A program made the translations under genes and the position numbers. Of a stretch of 64,000 bases of DNA, positions 37,059 to 47,226 are shown piece by piece. Each line of letters opens with the position of its first letter. Position 1 is the stretch's first letter. The stretch spans positions 224,001-288,000 of the forward strand of contig JBGAHS010000009.1 of assembly GCA_044226015.1 (NCBI GenBank), read 5' to 3'. Origin of the DNA: Candidatus Obscuribacteraceae bacterium (GTDB lineage Bacteria; Cyanobacteriota; Vampirovibrionia; Obscuribacterales; Obscuribacteraceae). The notes below the pieces were generated by a model. The model saw only the letters and a program-made list of their open reading frames with translations, ran no database searches and was not told the DNA's origin.

Positions 37059-39203
37059 CTACTTGTTTAGAAGTGATTGACGTCGTTTGACTTCTGATTC
37101 GACTTCTTCCGGGCTAATGTTGTTGACTTGCATTGGACCTGCGCAAAGTTCTCGCCATTGTGCACCGGCAAGAGCCTGTCTCACAATTACTTCGAAAACC
37201 TGTTGTCTTACTCCCATGCCATAGCTGCCTGACTGAGCGCCATTGGCGAACTGTGGTGTTGTCGGTGGTGCCATAGCAGGTTGTGGTCTTGCCGGTTGAG
37301 GAGCTGGAGCAGGTGTTGGTGCAGGCATGTTCTGGTGCCCGAATGAAGGCTGCGCAGGAGGCTGGAACTGTGGTGCCTGCGCTTGGAATCCTTGTTGGAA
37401 TCCCCCGGAGTTGAACCCGTCGCCAAATTCATTGCTCGTTAATGGTGAGTCAAATCCCGAACCAGGGTCACTTGCAAATACTCCCGGTTTTACTCCCGGA
37501 TTTGGTGCAGGAGTTGCTTCGAACAAGCCAGGTCTGGCGCCAGCCGCTACTTGCTGAGAGTCGAAAAATCCCTGGTTGTTTGCCTGTGCCGGCTCGTGAT
37601 GCTGAGGCGGCGCTGGTGCTTGTTGAGTGTGCAGATCGCGAAGAGAGAGCATCTCTTTTTGCAAATCTCGAACCATTTCTTCGGTGTTAGAGCGCAGCTC
37701 TTCCATTTGATTGCGAAGCATGTTCAGTTCGGCGTCTTTCTCGATCAGATCCATGTCTTTGCTTTCAAGAGCAGCTCTGAATTCTTCTTCTCTTGAATTG
37801 ATAAGATCTGCTGCCTCTGAATAGCGATTGTTGAGATCTTCCATTCGCTGATTGAGTTGTTCTTGAGCACTCTGCAATTCAGAGTCTTTCTGGCTCAGTA
37901 ACTGAGACAATTCGTTTTCACGTTCGTCCATGCGGCGTTGCATTTCTCGATTAGCTCTTTCAAGACTTTCGAGCTGAGCGCGCACCGCCTCATCTGTGAT
38001 TCCGCCCCCGGTGAACTCCGACAATGTTGCACCATAAGAAGTTCGTGGTGGGGCTTCTGCAGCTTGTACTGCTTCATATGCCGCACGGAAGAGGTCTCCA
38101 GAAATGCGTTGTTGACCTAATAACTCAACTAATCTGTGCAGCAGTTCTGCAGGTGGATCTGATGGGTACACTGCCATGTACGCGCACTTGAAGGTCCACG
38201 GGTCGATGAGCCCAGCGGACAGTTGGTCGGCAAGGCTTGTCACAAGCTGATCGGGAGATAGTTTCTCATTCTCTTGGGCTTCTTTGCCTTCCAGAGCCAG
38301 AACGAGCGAATCTAGCGCTGGAACGAGTTCGCCAATTGCTTTCATTGGCTCAAGTGCTGCTGTAAGAGACTCTGTAAGACTGTTCAAGTTCAAGCCGATT
38401 TCCATCAGCGTTTGATTTTGCAAAGTCTGAGACAGTCCTCGCAACACACCGGTTTGCTCTCCTGCCAGATTTTGTAGTGCGGCCAGGTTAGTTGCGCATA
38501 TGTTTAATGACTGATCAATGCTTTCGACTAGTTCAGCAGTTTTTTCGGAAACCACAGGAAGTGACTCATTCTGGCTTCTAGAGCTAGTCGCCGGAGTCGG
38601 AGCTGTTGTTTCGAAGATAGATGATGCTTGTGCTGAACTTTTCTTGGATTTCTTGTTTGAAATCGGAGCAGGAGCCGGTTCAGGTTCTGGTTCTAGTTGT
38701 GGCTCTGGAGCGGATGTTTCATCAATCTCTTCGGCTTGACTGCCCTCCAGCGCTGCAACTGCTTCATCAATGCTTTCAGCAGTGATCGGAACTCCATAAA
38801 CATTTACTGGTTCCGTATTTTGTCCATAATCGAATGAAGTTGCATCATAGTTTGCTGCGACCTGGGCCATCGCCTCAAGGTCGTAGGGGTCGCTCTGCTG
38901 ACCATACTGCTCGGTAAAATTAGGATCTTGTTGTTGTTGATAGGTTTGAGCGTTTTGCGGATCTTGTTGTCCGTAATTTTGTCCGTACTGGCTCTGTGAA
39001 TATGGGTCATTCTGCGGGTCACCATACTCGTCAGGAGGTGGAGCCGCGAAAGGGTCTGGGTAGGACGTGTTTCGTCCGCCGAGAGCACCCCTTAACTTAG
39101 CTCGTCGTGCTTGTAGGGATGATGCAGCATCCCCAGAACTATTTCCAGAACCGTTATCCACAGCTTCTGTAGCTTCCTTTTTTTTCTTGTCCGTCGTTCC
39201 CAC
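37059..39203 (-). CDS. Hypothetical coiled-coil protein with Q/P-rich disordered regions
   Basis: GAGGTAGG RBS and GTG start; long heptad region LESLERANREMQRR...LQKEMLSL; compact helical C-terminal domain. Confidence 0.85.
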   Translation of the reverse strand: MGTTDKKKKEATEAVDNGSGNSSGDAASSLQARRAKLRGALGGRNTSYPDPFAAPPPDEYGDPQNDPYSQSQYGQNYGQQDPQNAQTYQQQQDPNFTEQYGQQSDPYDLEAMAQVAANYDATSFDYGQNTEPVNVYGVPITAESIDEAVAALEGSQAEEIDETSAPEPQLEPEPEPAPAPISNKKSKKSSAQASSIFETTAPTPATSSRSQNESLPVVSEKTAELVESIDQSLNICATNLAALQNLAGEQTGVLRGLSQTLQNQTLMEIGLNLNSLTESLTAALEPMKAIGELVPALDSLVLALEGKEAQENEKLSPDQLVTSLADQLSAGLIDPWTFKCAYMAVYPSDPPAELLHRLVELLGQQRISGDLFRAAYEAVQAAEAPPRTSYGATLSEFTGGGITDEAVRAQLESLERANREMQRRMDERENELSQLLSQKDSELQSAQEQLNQRMEDLNNRYSEAADLINSREEEFRAALESKDMDLIEKDAELNMLRNQMEELRSNTEEMVRDLQKEMLSLRDLHTQQAPAPPQHHEPAQANNQGFFDSQQVAAGARPGLFEATPAPNPGVKPGVFASDPGSGFDSPLTSNEFGDGFNSGGFQQGFQAQAPQFQPPAQPSFGHQNMPAPTPAPAPQPARPQPAMAPPTTPQFANGAQSGSYGMGVRQQVFEVIVRQALAGAQWRELCAGPMQVNNISPEEVESEVKRRQSLLNK

Positions 39204-39452
39204 TCACCTACCTCGGAGGTCCAGCTGCAAATAACTTCCTATCAGTAGATCTGTTCCACTTTGGACCGGAAATAACACATCTTCTGAAGCTGTAGCGTCT
39301 GATATTTGCGGGCTTTTTAGCTGTTTAAGCTTTCCTCTTCTGGTCTGTGTTTCTTGCCTTCTAACCTTCCTGTCAAGCTCCCCCCAAAATCAGGCGGACC
39401 TCCTGATACTAGTATAGCCGAAAAATACCGTCCGGGAATAGAATCCCGGCGC

Positions 39453-39481
39453 TTGACAAGCTCCTTCTGCAAATGTACCAT
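39453..39481 (+). promoter_or_regulatory. Sigma70-type promoter of the ATPase cluster
   Basis: TTGACA-17 bp-TACCAT. Confidence 0.6.
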
Positions 39482-39645
39482 GCTTTGTGTCTGAAATACA
39501 ACTTAAATTCAGGCTTTTACCAGGAAGGGGCTAATTTGAATTTGGCTCCAGGGACAAAAATATTGGCAGCGTTTTGTCCTCGTGAAATTTGCCGAAAAGC
39601 GTTATTATCAAAGAGGAGACTCTCCGCTAGCCTTCATTCAGGTAC

Positions 39646-42600
39646 ATGAGTTTGGAACTTTTAATTTGTCAAACCTGCGGAATTATCATTCGCGGCCGGA
39701 GCAAGACTTGCACAGGCTGCGGCGCAGTTATGTCAAAACACTCGCCGACTGTTGTGAACAATGCATTGATCGGAGCTACTGCACTTGCCGTACCTCTGCA
39801 GAATGATCCACTCGTTCTTGAGCGAACCGTCAACCATGTGATTTATGGACGAAACATGGAAGCTGACTCGAACGGAAATGGCAACGGAAACGGCAGTGGC
39901 AACGGGCATGATGGAAATGGTGCCTTCCTTTATAGCGAATCTGATTTGGGCAAGGTCGTGTTTCCTGCTAGTGAGGACGGACCTGCTTTTCAGCCGGATG
40001 AAGAGTCAACTCAACTTGAGTCTGAACCAGAACCAGAGCCCATTCCGAACGAAGCGCCACAGTGGGAGCTTACGAGCACTGGCACGCGTTTGCCGATGTT
40101 AGGAGCTGCAGTAGGCACTCCCATGGCTGCTGGTGCAGCTCACGCCCTGGCTAGTTTCAATGCTCAATCGGCCCAGTCCGCTGAGATGGCAGCCGCTGCA
40201 GCGCCGCCAGTATCAACTCCCGCCGTAGCCGAGGCATCATCTGTCGCAGCTTATGCTCCTCCGGCGAGCCCAGAATACGCTGCTCCACCAACCGCAGACG
40301 ATCCTGATGATTTCTTTTCTGGTCCAGCAGCCGCTGCTGCCTCTGGTAATGGTGCTGGTGTTCCGTCCACCGGTCAGGCTGATTCGTTTGATGCCGCCCC
40401 GCCAGGAAGATCAGCGCCTGATCCTCATACACGTGCGCCCGAACCGGAGCAACGTGAGGCCGCTCCTGTATCACATACAAACAATGCAGCTCCCGTTCAG
40501 TCGGAACCTACCCATTCAGCTCCTTCCCAAACTGCTGGTCCTATCAGCGAACCGATTCACTCCCCTCCTGTAGCGACACCTTCTACTGCTCAGTCATTTT
40601 TGAGTGCTCCGCCGCCAGGTACGTTCGCTCCTACATCAGAATCTGCCTCAGCACAGACCGACACCGCTGTGTCGACACCAGGCTTGATGGCAAACTTTTC
40701 GACTCCGTCGTCATCGCAGAATGTGAAACCGACATCGGCGCATGCTTCTTCACGTCCTGGCATGATGGACTTTTTCTCTGCAACCTCAGATTCACCTGCA
40801 GCTGGCGGAACAACCGGGACCAATGAGGCGCAAGCAAGCTCTCCACAAACGGATAGTTTGTCACCTAGTTTTATGTCTGGGGCTCAGGCGAGCATCATAC
40901 AGAATGCAATTAACGCTGCAGCAAATTTGTCGACTTCAACCAAGACAGATGTAGAGCTTCGTGAAGCTGAGCCAGAGCCAGAACCATTGAAAGCCAAGAA
41001 AAAGAGTGTTGGCAAAAAGAGCTTGCGACCTAAGCCAGTTGAGGAAGCAGAAGATGAAGAGGATTTCGCTCCGAAGTCGCTCGACAAATTTAAGAAGAGC
41101 GGACGTTCTTCTTTGACCAAGATAGACAAGGACAAAACTTCCAAAGACAAAACAAAGTCTAAGCCTGCTCCAAGCAGCAAAAAGAAATCAGGTTCGAAAT
41201 CAGCTGAAACCGAGAATTTTACTGTCGGCAATTTTAGCATTCCGATGAAAACCGCTAAAGTAGCTGGTTTGATGATTGTTTTTGCTTTTCCTGTAATGGT
41301 TTTGATCGCGAATGTGACAAGTATTATTGGTGGACTTGCCGGTGGTAATAAAGACGGCAGTCTTCCAGGTATGGCAGCACCAGCTCCATCTAGCGGACTT
41401 AATGGTGATTGGGAAATTGCTTTCATGAATCCCAGTGGTTCTGTAGGAACCGGGGTTATGACACTCAATCAGAATGGAAACAGCATTGATGGGTATGGTG
41501 CTGATAAAGGACAGTTTCAAATTAGAGGCACCGTAGATGGTGACAAAGTTCAATTCAACAAACAATATGTGCAGAATGGACAGATAGTAGGAAAGCCTAT
41601 TCTCTACGCTGGAAAAATCGATTACATGATTGATCAACTGCCACAAGGGCAGAAGTATTTTGTTCACATCTCGGGTATTTGGCAGCTGACTAAACGAGAA
41701 GGGTACAGCTGGCGTGCACAAATCAAACAGTTTCAAGGCAAGTGGGAAGGTGGTCTGACCAGAAGAGGCACTGGGACGGGCACGATTGCAGCTCATTCCG
41801 GGCCTCAGCAAGGTCCGCAAGTGTCGAGTCCTAAAAACCCGCAAGCAGCGCATGGATTCTTCTTGCAAGTTGCTCTGGGTATCATCGGAATTGGTATAGG
41901 GCTTGCCTTAGTTTCGCTGAAATTCTTTGGACCCTCTGGACTGCTGAACATCTGGGCTAAAAAGGAATACATTCCATCGCAGTTCAAAGCTCAGCATTTC
42001 AAAATGGTCGCAGAAATGGGCAAACCTCTGCGTCCAGGTGGTGTACCTCTCGGAACTCGCAGCGACTGGGGCATCCATCAGTGGTGGCGTCCTCGAAAGC
42101 TGAATATGACGCCTGAGTTGAGAGAGTCAAATCCTCATACTCTAATTCTTGGTGCTGGTGCAAAAGGCAAAAGTCGTCTGATGGCCAGCATGATTGCAAA
42201 TGATATTGAAGGCGCAGAACGTGCTGTCGTTGTTGTCGACTCTGATGGAGCGCTTATCGACCTTATGATGAACTGGATTGCAGCGCATCCTAAGGGCAAG
42301 CAAATGGCAAAACGCGTTATTGTCATTGACCCTACATATGATGGCGAAACCATTGGCTATAATCCACTGGAGTTTCCTGAAGATGGCGATTTGCAGAACG
42401 CTGCATCATCTATTGTGTTTGGATTTAAAGCAATCTATACGGAGCCTCCCGGTTCACAGAGCCAATGGAACCAGCAAACGGCAAACATTCTGCGTAACTC
42501 TGCTGTTCTGCTTATGGCTAATGGAAAGACTCTCACAGACTTACCAGTTCTTCTCTCCGATAATGATTTCCGCGATATTTTGCTGGAAAAAGTTGAGAAG

Positions 42601-43479
42601 ATTAAACACGAAAAGAGCGAGTACACCACGCTTATCGATGCCTGGTCAAACTATAAGAGACTGGCAAGAACAGACCAATGGATCAACTGGATTGAACCAA
42701 TTCTCAACCGAGTTCAACCTATGTTGGGCGACCCGCGTATTCGTCCTATTTTGACTCGAGCGAAAAGCGACCTAATTCTCTCTGACATCATCAAAGAGAA
42801 GAAAGTCTTGTTTGTGAAAATTCCGCAAGGACAACTCGATCAGAACGGTAATCTGCTGGGCAGTTTGATGGTCACTGGTATTAAGCAGGCCGCTCTGTCT
42901 TTGTCTGTTAAAGGTAAAGAGAAGAATCGCGCTTGTGCGTTATATTTGGATGAGTTTGATACCTTCATTGAGAAAGAAACATTTGATGCCATAACTTCTG
43001 AGACTCGAAAGTTCCAACTGGGTTTTGTTGGCGCAAGCAAGACATTGCAAACATTGCCTGAAGATTATCGAAACCAGCTCGTTATCAACGTTGGCATGAT
43101 GGCTATCTTTGCACTTGCTAAGAAAGATGGAGATATGCTCGGACCTCAAATGTTCCGTGTGGATGGTAGAAAAGTAAAACATCAGACCATTCAAAACGTT
43201 TTCAACAAAGTCAACTCATCTCCTCAATTTGAACTTATTTCGGACGAAGAAAAATTGAACATCGACCGCGTTGTGGGGCAAGAGGAGCGTACCTACTTCT
43301 GTTACCGAGTTGGTACAGTTGCAGGCGTGTTTAACATGCTAGCGCCCGAATTTAAGGATGTTCCAGAGAAGGACATCAACCAGGACCTCCTGGATGAAAT
43401 GTATGAAAATCGTTTGAAACATGAAGACGACGATTATGAAGAAGACGAAGATGAGGAAGAGGAAGACGACGAAGATTAG
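39646..43479 (+). CDS. VirD4/TraD-like (type IV coupling protein-like) membrane ATPase with N-terminal zinc ribbon
   Basis: CQTC...CTGC, long P/A/S-rich linker, two TM helices, Walker A GAGAKGKS, VVVVDSDG, IDP...GYNPL, Walker B LYLDEF, TRK arginine finger, acidic tail. Confidence 0.82.
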   Translation: MSLELLICQTCGIIIRGRSKTCTGCGAVMSKHSPTVVNNALIGATALAVPLQNDPLVLERTVNHVIYGRNMEADSNGNGNGNGSGNGHDGNGAFLYSESDLGKVVFPASEDGPAFQPDEESTQLESEPEPEPIPNEAPQWELTSTGTRLPMLGAAVGTPMAAGAAHALASFNAQSAQSAEMAAAAAPPVSTPAVAEASSVAAYAPPASPEYAAPPTADDPDDFFSGPAAAAASGNGAGVPSTGQADSFDAAPPGRSAPDPHTRAPEPEQREAAPVSHTNNAAPVQSEPTHSAPSQTAGPISEPIHSPPVATPSTAQSFLSAPPPGTFAPTSESASAQTDTAVSTPGLMANFSTPSSSQNVKPTSAHASSRPGMMDFFSATSDSPAAGGTTGTNEAQASSPQTDSLSPSFMSGAQASIIQNAINAAANLSTSTKTDVELREAEPEPEPLKAKKKSVGKKSLRPKPVEEAEDEEDFAPKSLDKFKKSGRSSLTKIDKDKTSKDKTKSKPAPSSKKKSGSKSAETENFTVGNFSIPMKTAKVAGLMIVFAFPVMVLIANVTSIIGGLAGGNKDGSLPGMAAPAPSSGLNGDWEIAFMNPSGSVGTGVMTLNQNGNSIDGYGADKGQFQIRGTVDGDKVQFNKQYVQNGQIVGKPILYAGKIDYMIDQLPQGQKYFVHISGIWQLTKREGYSWRAQIKQFQGKWEGGLTRRGTGTGTIAAHSGPQQGPQVSSPKNPQAAHGFFLQVALGIIGIGIGLALVSLKFFGPSGLLNIWAKKEYIPSQFKAQHFKMVAEMGKPLRPGGVPLGTRSDWGIHQWWRPRKLNMTPELRESNPHTLILGAGAKGKSRLMASMIANDIEGAERAVVVVDSDGALIDLMMNWIAAHPKGKQMAKRVIVIDPTYDGETIGYNPLEFPEDGDLQNAASSIVFGFKAIYTEPPGSQSQWNQQTANILRNSAVLLMANGKTLTDLPVLLSDNDFRDILLEKVEKIKHEKSEYTTLIDAWSNYKRLARTDQWINWIEPILNRVQPMLGDPRIRPILTRAKSDLILSDIIKEKKVLFVKIPQGQLDQNGNLLGSLMVTGIKQAALSLSVKGKEKNRACALYLDEFDTFIEKETFDAITSETRKFQLGFVGASKTLQTLPEDYRNQLVINVGMMAIFALAKKDGDMLGPQMFRVDGRKVKHQTIQNVFNKVNSSPQFELISDEEKLNIDRVVGQEERTYFCYRVGTVAGVFNMLAPEFKDVPEKDINQDLLDEMYENRLKHEDDDYEEDEDEEEEDDED

Positions 43480-43493
43480 AACGTAAGTTTTTC

Positions 43494-43522
43494 TTGACAA
43501 GGTCGAAGGGCCGGCTTATATT
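43494..43522 (+). promoter_or_regulatory. Sigma70-type promoter
   Basis: TTGACA-17 bp-TATATT, giving a ~200-nt leader before ATG 43730. Confidence 0.7.
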
Positions 43523-43542
43523 ATTCGTAATTTAGTAGTAAA

Positions 43543-43717
43543 AACTTCAAAGCCAGCAGAGTGAGCGAACTTGAGTCATCGCCGGGGTAATACTGGCTGG
43601 GAAGTTATGGAGGAGAACAGGCAAGCAGTCTTACGAGCTGGTATCGCAATTGATACCATTTCCATCGGATTTTAGTTCGTTGCTTAGTCGTTAGCCCTTT
43701 TATTTCGCCTTCGCTCA
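43543..43717 (+). ncRNA. Candidate structured 5' leader or small RNA (family not recognised)
   Basis: Several long complementary segments found by eye (see findings); no match to riboswitch consensus sequences I can recall. Confidence 0.35.
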
Positions 43718-43729
43718 AAGGTTTAATTC

Positions 43730-46700
43730 ATGAACTATTTCGTTTGCCCTTCTTGCGGAGGGCTGCTTCGCAGCGCCGCGAGCAATTGTCAGAATTGCAG
43801 AACTTTTGTAACTAAACACTCGAGTACTGGCGTGGCTCATTTAAGTGCTTCTCTGCAACCACATGCTGTGGCATTGAAGGACCCATCGCTGAAAGCCGAA
43901 ACGATGATTTTGCAGCTTCAGGCTGCTGGAGTAAATGGCAGCTCAAATTTACCCAGTCAATTGCATCAGGAGTGTTCAGCTCTGCCTGCACAAGATTACG
44001 TTGATGCTCTTGCAAAGCAATCTTCTGTTATTACAAATGACTCGAATCATAATTTTTCACCAGAAGAGTCCTTACCTTGTGCTGAGTTTCCGTGGAATCC
44101 CACGCCATCTCCCGAAGCCATCGAAAGCGATTCAGCTCAAATCGATGTTCCTTCTGTTCTTCTTGGTGGTGCTGCGGGATTCGCTGCTGGTGTCCTTGTA
44201 AGTAATGTTTTTAACGCAAAGGCAGAAGTGTCTGAGAATCTTTCAAAAGTTAGAGGGAGCGTTGTCGATAAGGAAATTGTGCCTTGCGCGAATGCTGCGA
44301 CTATTGATTCGATTTACGAGAATTCGCCTGCCGCGCCTTCTCTGATTCAATCTGAAGAAATCGCTGTTTCTGATAGTGGAAATGACCTGCGCCAATTATT
44401 GTCACAGGTTGAGAGCAATCGCAGCGAGCCAGCCATTGGGCGAGACTTTTTTGCTGACGCCAATCTGAACCAGTCTTTTCTGAGGGTTGAAGAAGGTTCA
44501 TTCCAAAAGCAAAACGCTTTTTCAACCTATTTTGAATCACCTGAGCTGGCGGATGGTGCACGTGCTGAGCAATCAGTCTCAGTGGGACCCAGCGTCGAAC
44601 TTAGCGATGAGCAACGCAATCGATTGATTCAACGCCTTGTTGATGCAAATTCCAATGGCGCGGGCTCTGCTTTGCCGGAACTGTTCGAAAACTCAAATGT
44701 AGCGCCGACTCAGCCTAAACGCAAGCGATCGATTAGACGTCGACACGAGCAGCTGAGTGAAGAGAAAAGTAGCAGTGACTCGAATGTGCTTAGTTTGCTG
44801 AAAGGGCTCGCAAAGCCGTTGCTGCTATCCTTAAGTGCTCTCATTCTTTGCTCTGTTCTTGCAGTATTTGCGGTTTTGTTTGAATCTAAGAGCGAACATC
44901 TAACTGCCGTTGGCTTTATGGAAGGTCGCTATCTGACCTCGTTTCAGGATGGTTTCGGACAGGCAAACAGTGGGCAGATGGACCTGCACAAGTTTGGTGA
45001 AATGATTAAAGGAACAGGGAAGGATTTGCTTCCCGTCCCGACAGCTATCGGACAACGCTACCGCAGCTTCGAAATAAGTGGAGCCGTTTCGTCCAACGGT
45101 ATCACTCTGGTGAAGCGCTATCTACCTGAGGTTAATAAGGCTAAGAGTCCGCCGATTGTATTTGAAGGAAACTTCACTGATGTCAGTCAGAAGTTCATTT
45201 CTGGAACTTGGCACGTTCAGCGCAACGGAAAGAGTGCAGCAGGAAATTGGAATGCTCGCTTCGTCGAGACTCCGAAACTCTCAACTATGAAGTGGGGCGC
45301 CTGGCGAAACAAGCAAAATCCTATGAATTCGGCAGCTCCCACGGAGCCTGTCAAAGAGGATCTCTTTAGTAAGTATGTTTGGAATGATAATGAACCATTG
45401 CCTTCGCGTTTTGGCAAGCTGCTTTGTCTTTGTGTCCTGCTAGGTATTGCTCTTGTTCATCTATCTGCCAGATTTTTCGGGCTGCATGGTCTCCTTAATA
45501 CATGGGAAAGAGAGCGCTATGTCCCGGTTTCGCTTCGCCCCCAACAGCGAAAGATAATGAAGGAATTAGGCAGGGGAAAGGCGTCCGGTTCGCTTTTCAT
45601 GGGCACTCGAATGGATTGGCATCTGGGTGAGATATTGCTTCCACGCAAGTTGTATCTGACCAACGAGAGACGAAGCCGCAACCCGCATTTTCTTGCCATT
45701 GGAAATAGTGCGAAAGGCAAGACCAGATTGCTTGCAAATATGGCGATGCAAGACATCAGGAGTGACGACAGAGCTGTAGTCATCGTTGATTCCGAAGGCT
45801 CTCTTTGTGATCTCGTTTTGAGGACCATGGCAGCAAGTGCTGACGCCAAAGAACTTCTAAGCAGAGTTCATGTAATCGAGCCCTGCCGAACAGAATGTGT
45901 TTTGGGGTTTAACCCATTTCTTTGCGCTGATTCTGAGAATTTGCTTTCTCTAGCCAACAGTATTGTGCTCGGCTTCAAAGCCGTTTATACAGAGACTCAA
46001 AATCAACAAAATCAGTGGTCTCAGCAGACCGCGAATATTCTTCGCAATTCGGTGCTCTTGCTGATTCTAAACGGAGAGAACCTTGATGCCTTGCCGAAGC
46101 TGCTTTCAGATAACGATTTTAGAGATGTCTTACTTGAAAGTGTCGAACTGCATCACGCTGCTGAATGGAAAACTCTGATCGATGCATGGTCGAATTACAA
46201 GAAATTAGCACGTACTGATCAATGGCTAAATTGGATAGAGCCAATACTTAACCGTGTGCAACCGCTCTTGTCAGACCGTCGCATCAGCCGATTATTGAAT
46301 GCTTCAGATAACAGTGTTGACCTGGAGCAGGTATTGAAGGAGAAGCAGGTGTTGCTTCTGCGTGTTCCAGAAGGACAACTGGAAAAAGGAGGAAGTCTTT
46401 TAGGAAGTCTTATTATCACAGGTTTGAAACAAGCTGCATTGGCGCGGTTCGAGCGAGGGCGAGACGAGGAGTCACCCTGCGCTCTGTACGTTGATGAGCT
46501 AAACAATTTTATGGATGCTGAATCTTTCGATTCGTTTTGCGCCGACTCGAGAAAATTGAAAGTCGGCTTGCATGCCTCTCTCAAAACATTGCATGACTTG
46601 CCTGAGGATTTTAGAACTAAGATTCAAGTTGATTTTGGAAGCATTGCTGTATTCGCAATATCCAAGAAGGATGCTGATGTCCTCGGACCTGGAATATTCA

Positions 46701-46969
46701 AGGTAGACGGTCGCAGTATCACTAAGATACGACCGGCCGATATCATGAATCCATTTAATTCCGCACCGAACATGCGCATGGCTTCGGACGAGGAAAAGAT
46801 GAATACAAATAGATTTGTCGGTCAAGACGAAAAGACATTTTTCTTCCATATCATGGGCACAGAAGCTGGAATCTTCAGAATGACTGCACCAGAATTCAAA
46901 GACATCCCAAGAGGAGACATCAATTGGGATTTGCTGGAGTCAATTTATGATGAAGATTCAGGAGATTGA
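43730..46969 (+). CDS. VirD4/TraD-like membrane ATPase, paralog of 39646-43479
   Basis: CPSC...CQNC, two TM helices, Walker A GNSAKGKT, Walker B LYVDEL; near-identical blocks QQTANILRNS and WSNYKKLARTDQWLNWIEPILNRVQP. Confidence 0.82.
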   Translation: MNYFVCPSCGGLLRSAASNCQNCRTFVTKHSSTGVAHLSASLQPHAVALKDPSLKAETMILQLQAAGVNGSSNLPSQLHQECSALPAQDYVDALAKQSSVITNDSNHNFSPEESLPCAEFPWNPTPSPEAIESDSAQIDVPSVLLGGAAGFAAGVLVSNVFNAKAEVSENLSKVRGSVVDKEIVPCANAATIDSIYENSPAAPSLIQSEEIAVSDSGNDLRQLLSQVESNRSEPAIGRDFFADANLNQSFLRVEEGSFQKQNAFSTYFESPELADGARAEQSVSVGPSVELSDEQRNRLIQRLVDANSNGAGSALPELFENSNVAPTQPKRKRSIRRRHEQLSEEKSSSDSNVLSLLKGLAKPLLLSLSALILCSVLAVFAVLFESKSEHLTAVGFMEGRYLTSFQDGFGQANSGQMDLHKFGEMIKGTGKDLLPVPTAIGQRYRSFEISGAVSSNGITLVKRYLPEVNKAKSPPIVFEGNFTDVSQKFISGTWHVQRNGKSAAGNWNARFVETPKLSTMKWGAWRNKQNPMNSAAPTEPVKEDLFSKYVWNDNEPLPSRFGKLLCLCVLLGIALVHLSARFFGLHGLLNTWERERYVPVSLRPQQRKIMKELGRGKASGSLFMGTRMDWHLGEILLPRKLYLTNERRSRNPHFLAIGNSAKGKTRLLANMAMQDIRSDDRAVVIVDSEGSLCDLVLRTMAASADAKELLSRVHVIEPCRTECVLGFNPFLCADSENLLSLANSIVLGFKAVYTETQNQQNQWSQQTANILRNSVLLLILNGENLDALPKLLSDNDFRDVLLESVELHHAAEWKTLIDAWSNYKKLARTDQWLNWIEPILNRVQPLLSDRRISRLLNASDNSVDLEQVLKEKQVLLLRVPEGQLEKGGSLLGSLIITGLKQAALARFERGRDEESPCALYVDELNNFMDAESFDSFCADSRKLKVGLHASLKTLHDLPEDFRTKIQVDFGSIAVFAISKKDADVLGPGIFKVDGRSITKIRPADIMNPFNSAPNMRMASDEEKMNTNRFVGQDEKTFFFHIMGTEAGIFRMTAPEFKDIPRGDINWDLLESIYDEDSGD

Positions 46970-47226
46970 TTCTTTCGTAGTGATTTTTTGTCCGTTAAAC
47001 TGATCAGGGGCTGATTAAGCATAGTTGTTCGTTGAACAACTGCTGGCTCAAGCATTGACTTACATTTCGCTGCCTGTTCGGACTGCGGAAACGGCTGCAC
47101 GCCAAGAGGTGTGCCTATATCTTGCCGCGTAATAGCGGACTTAATTTGAGGATAAAAAAATGAAAAACGGGTATTATCTTAAGCAAGCACGCGCCCATAG
47201 CGCTATATTCAGGGGTCTCGTATAAC

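Noticed and set aside
43543..43717. Assignment of the leader to SRP RNA, cobalamin riboswitch or T-box
   Set aside because: Only fragments match (CAGG..AGCAG without the GNRA hairpin; CUGGGAAG without the upstream core; no T-box sequence).
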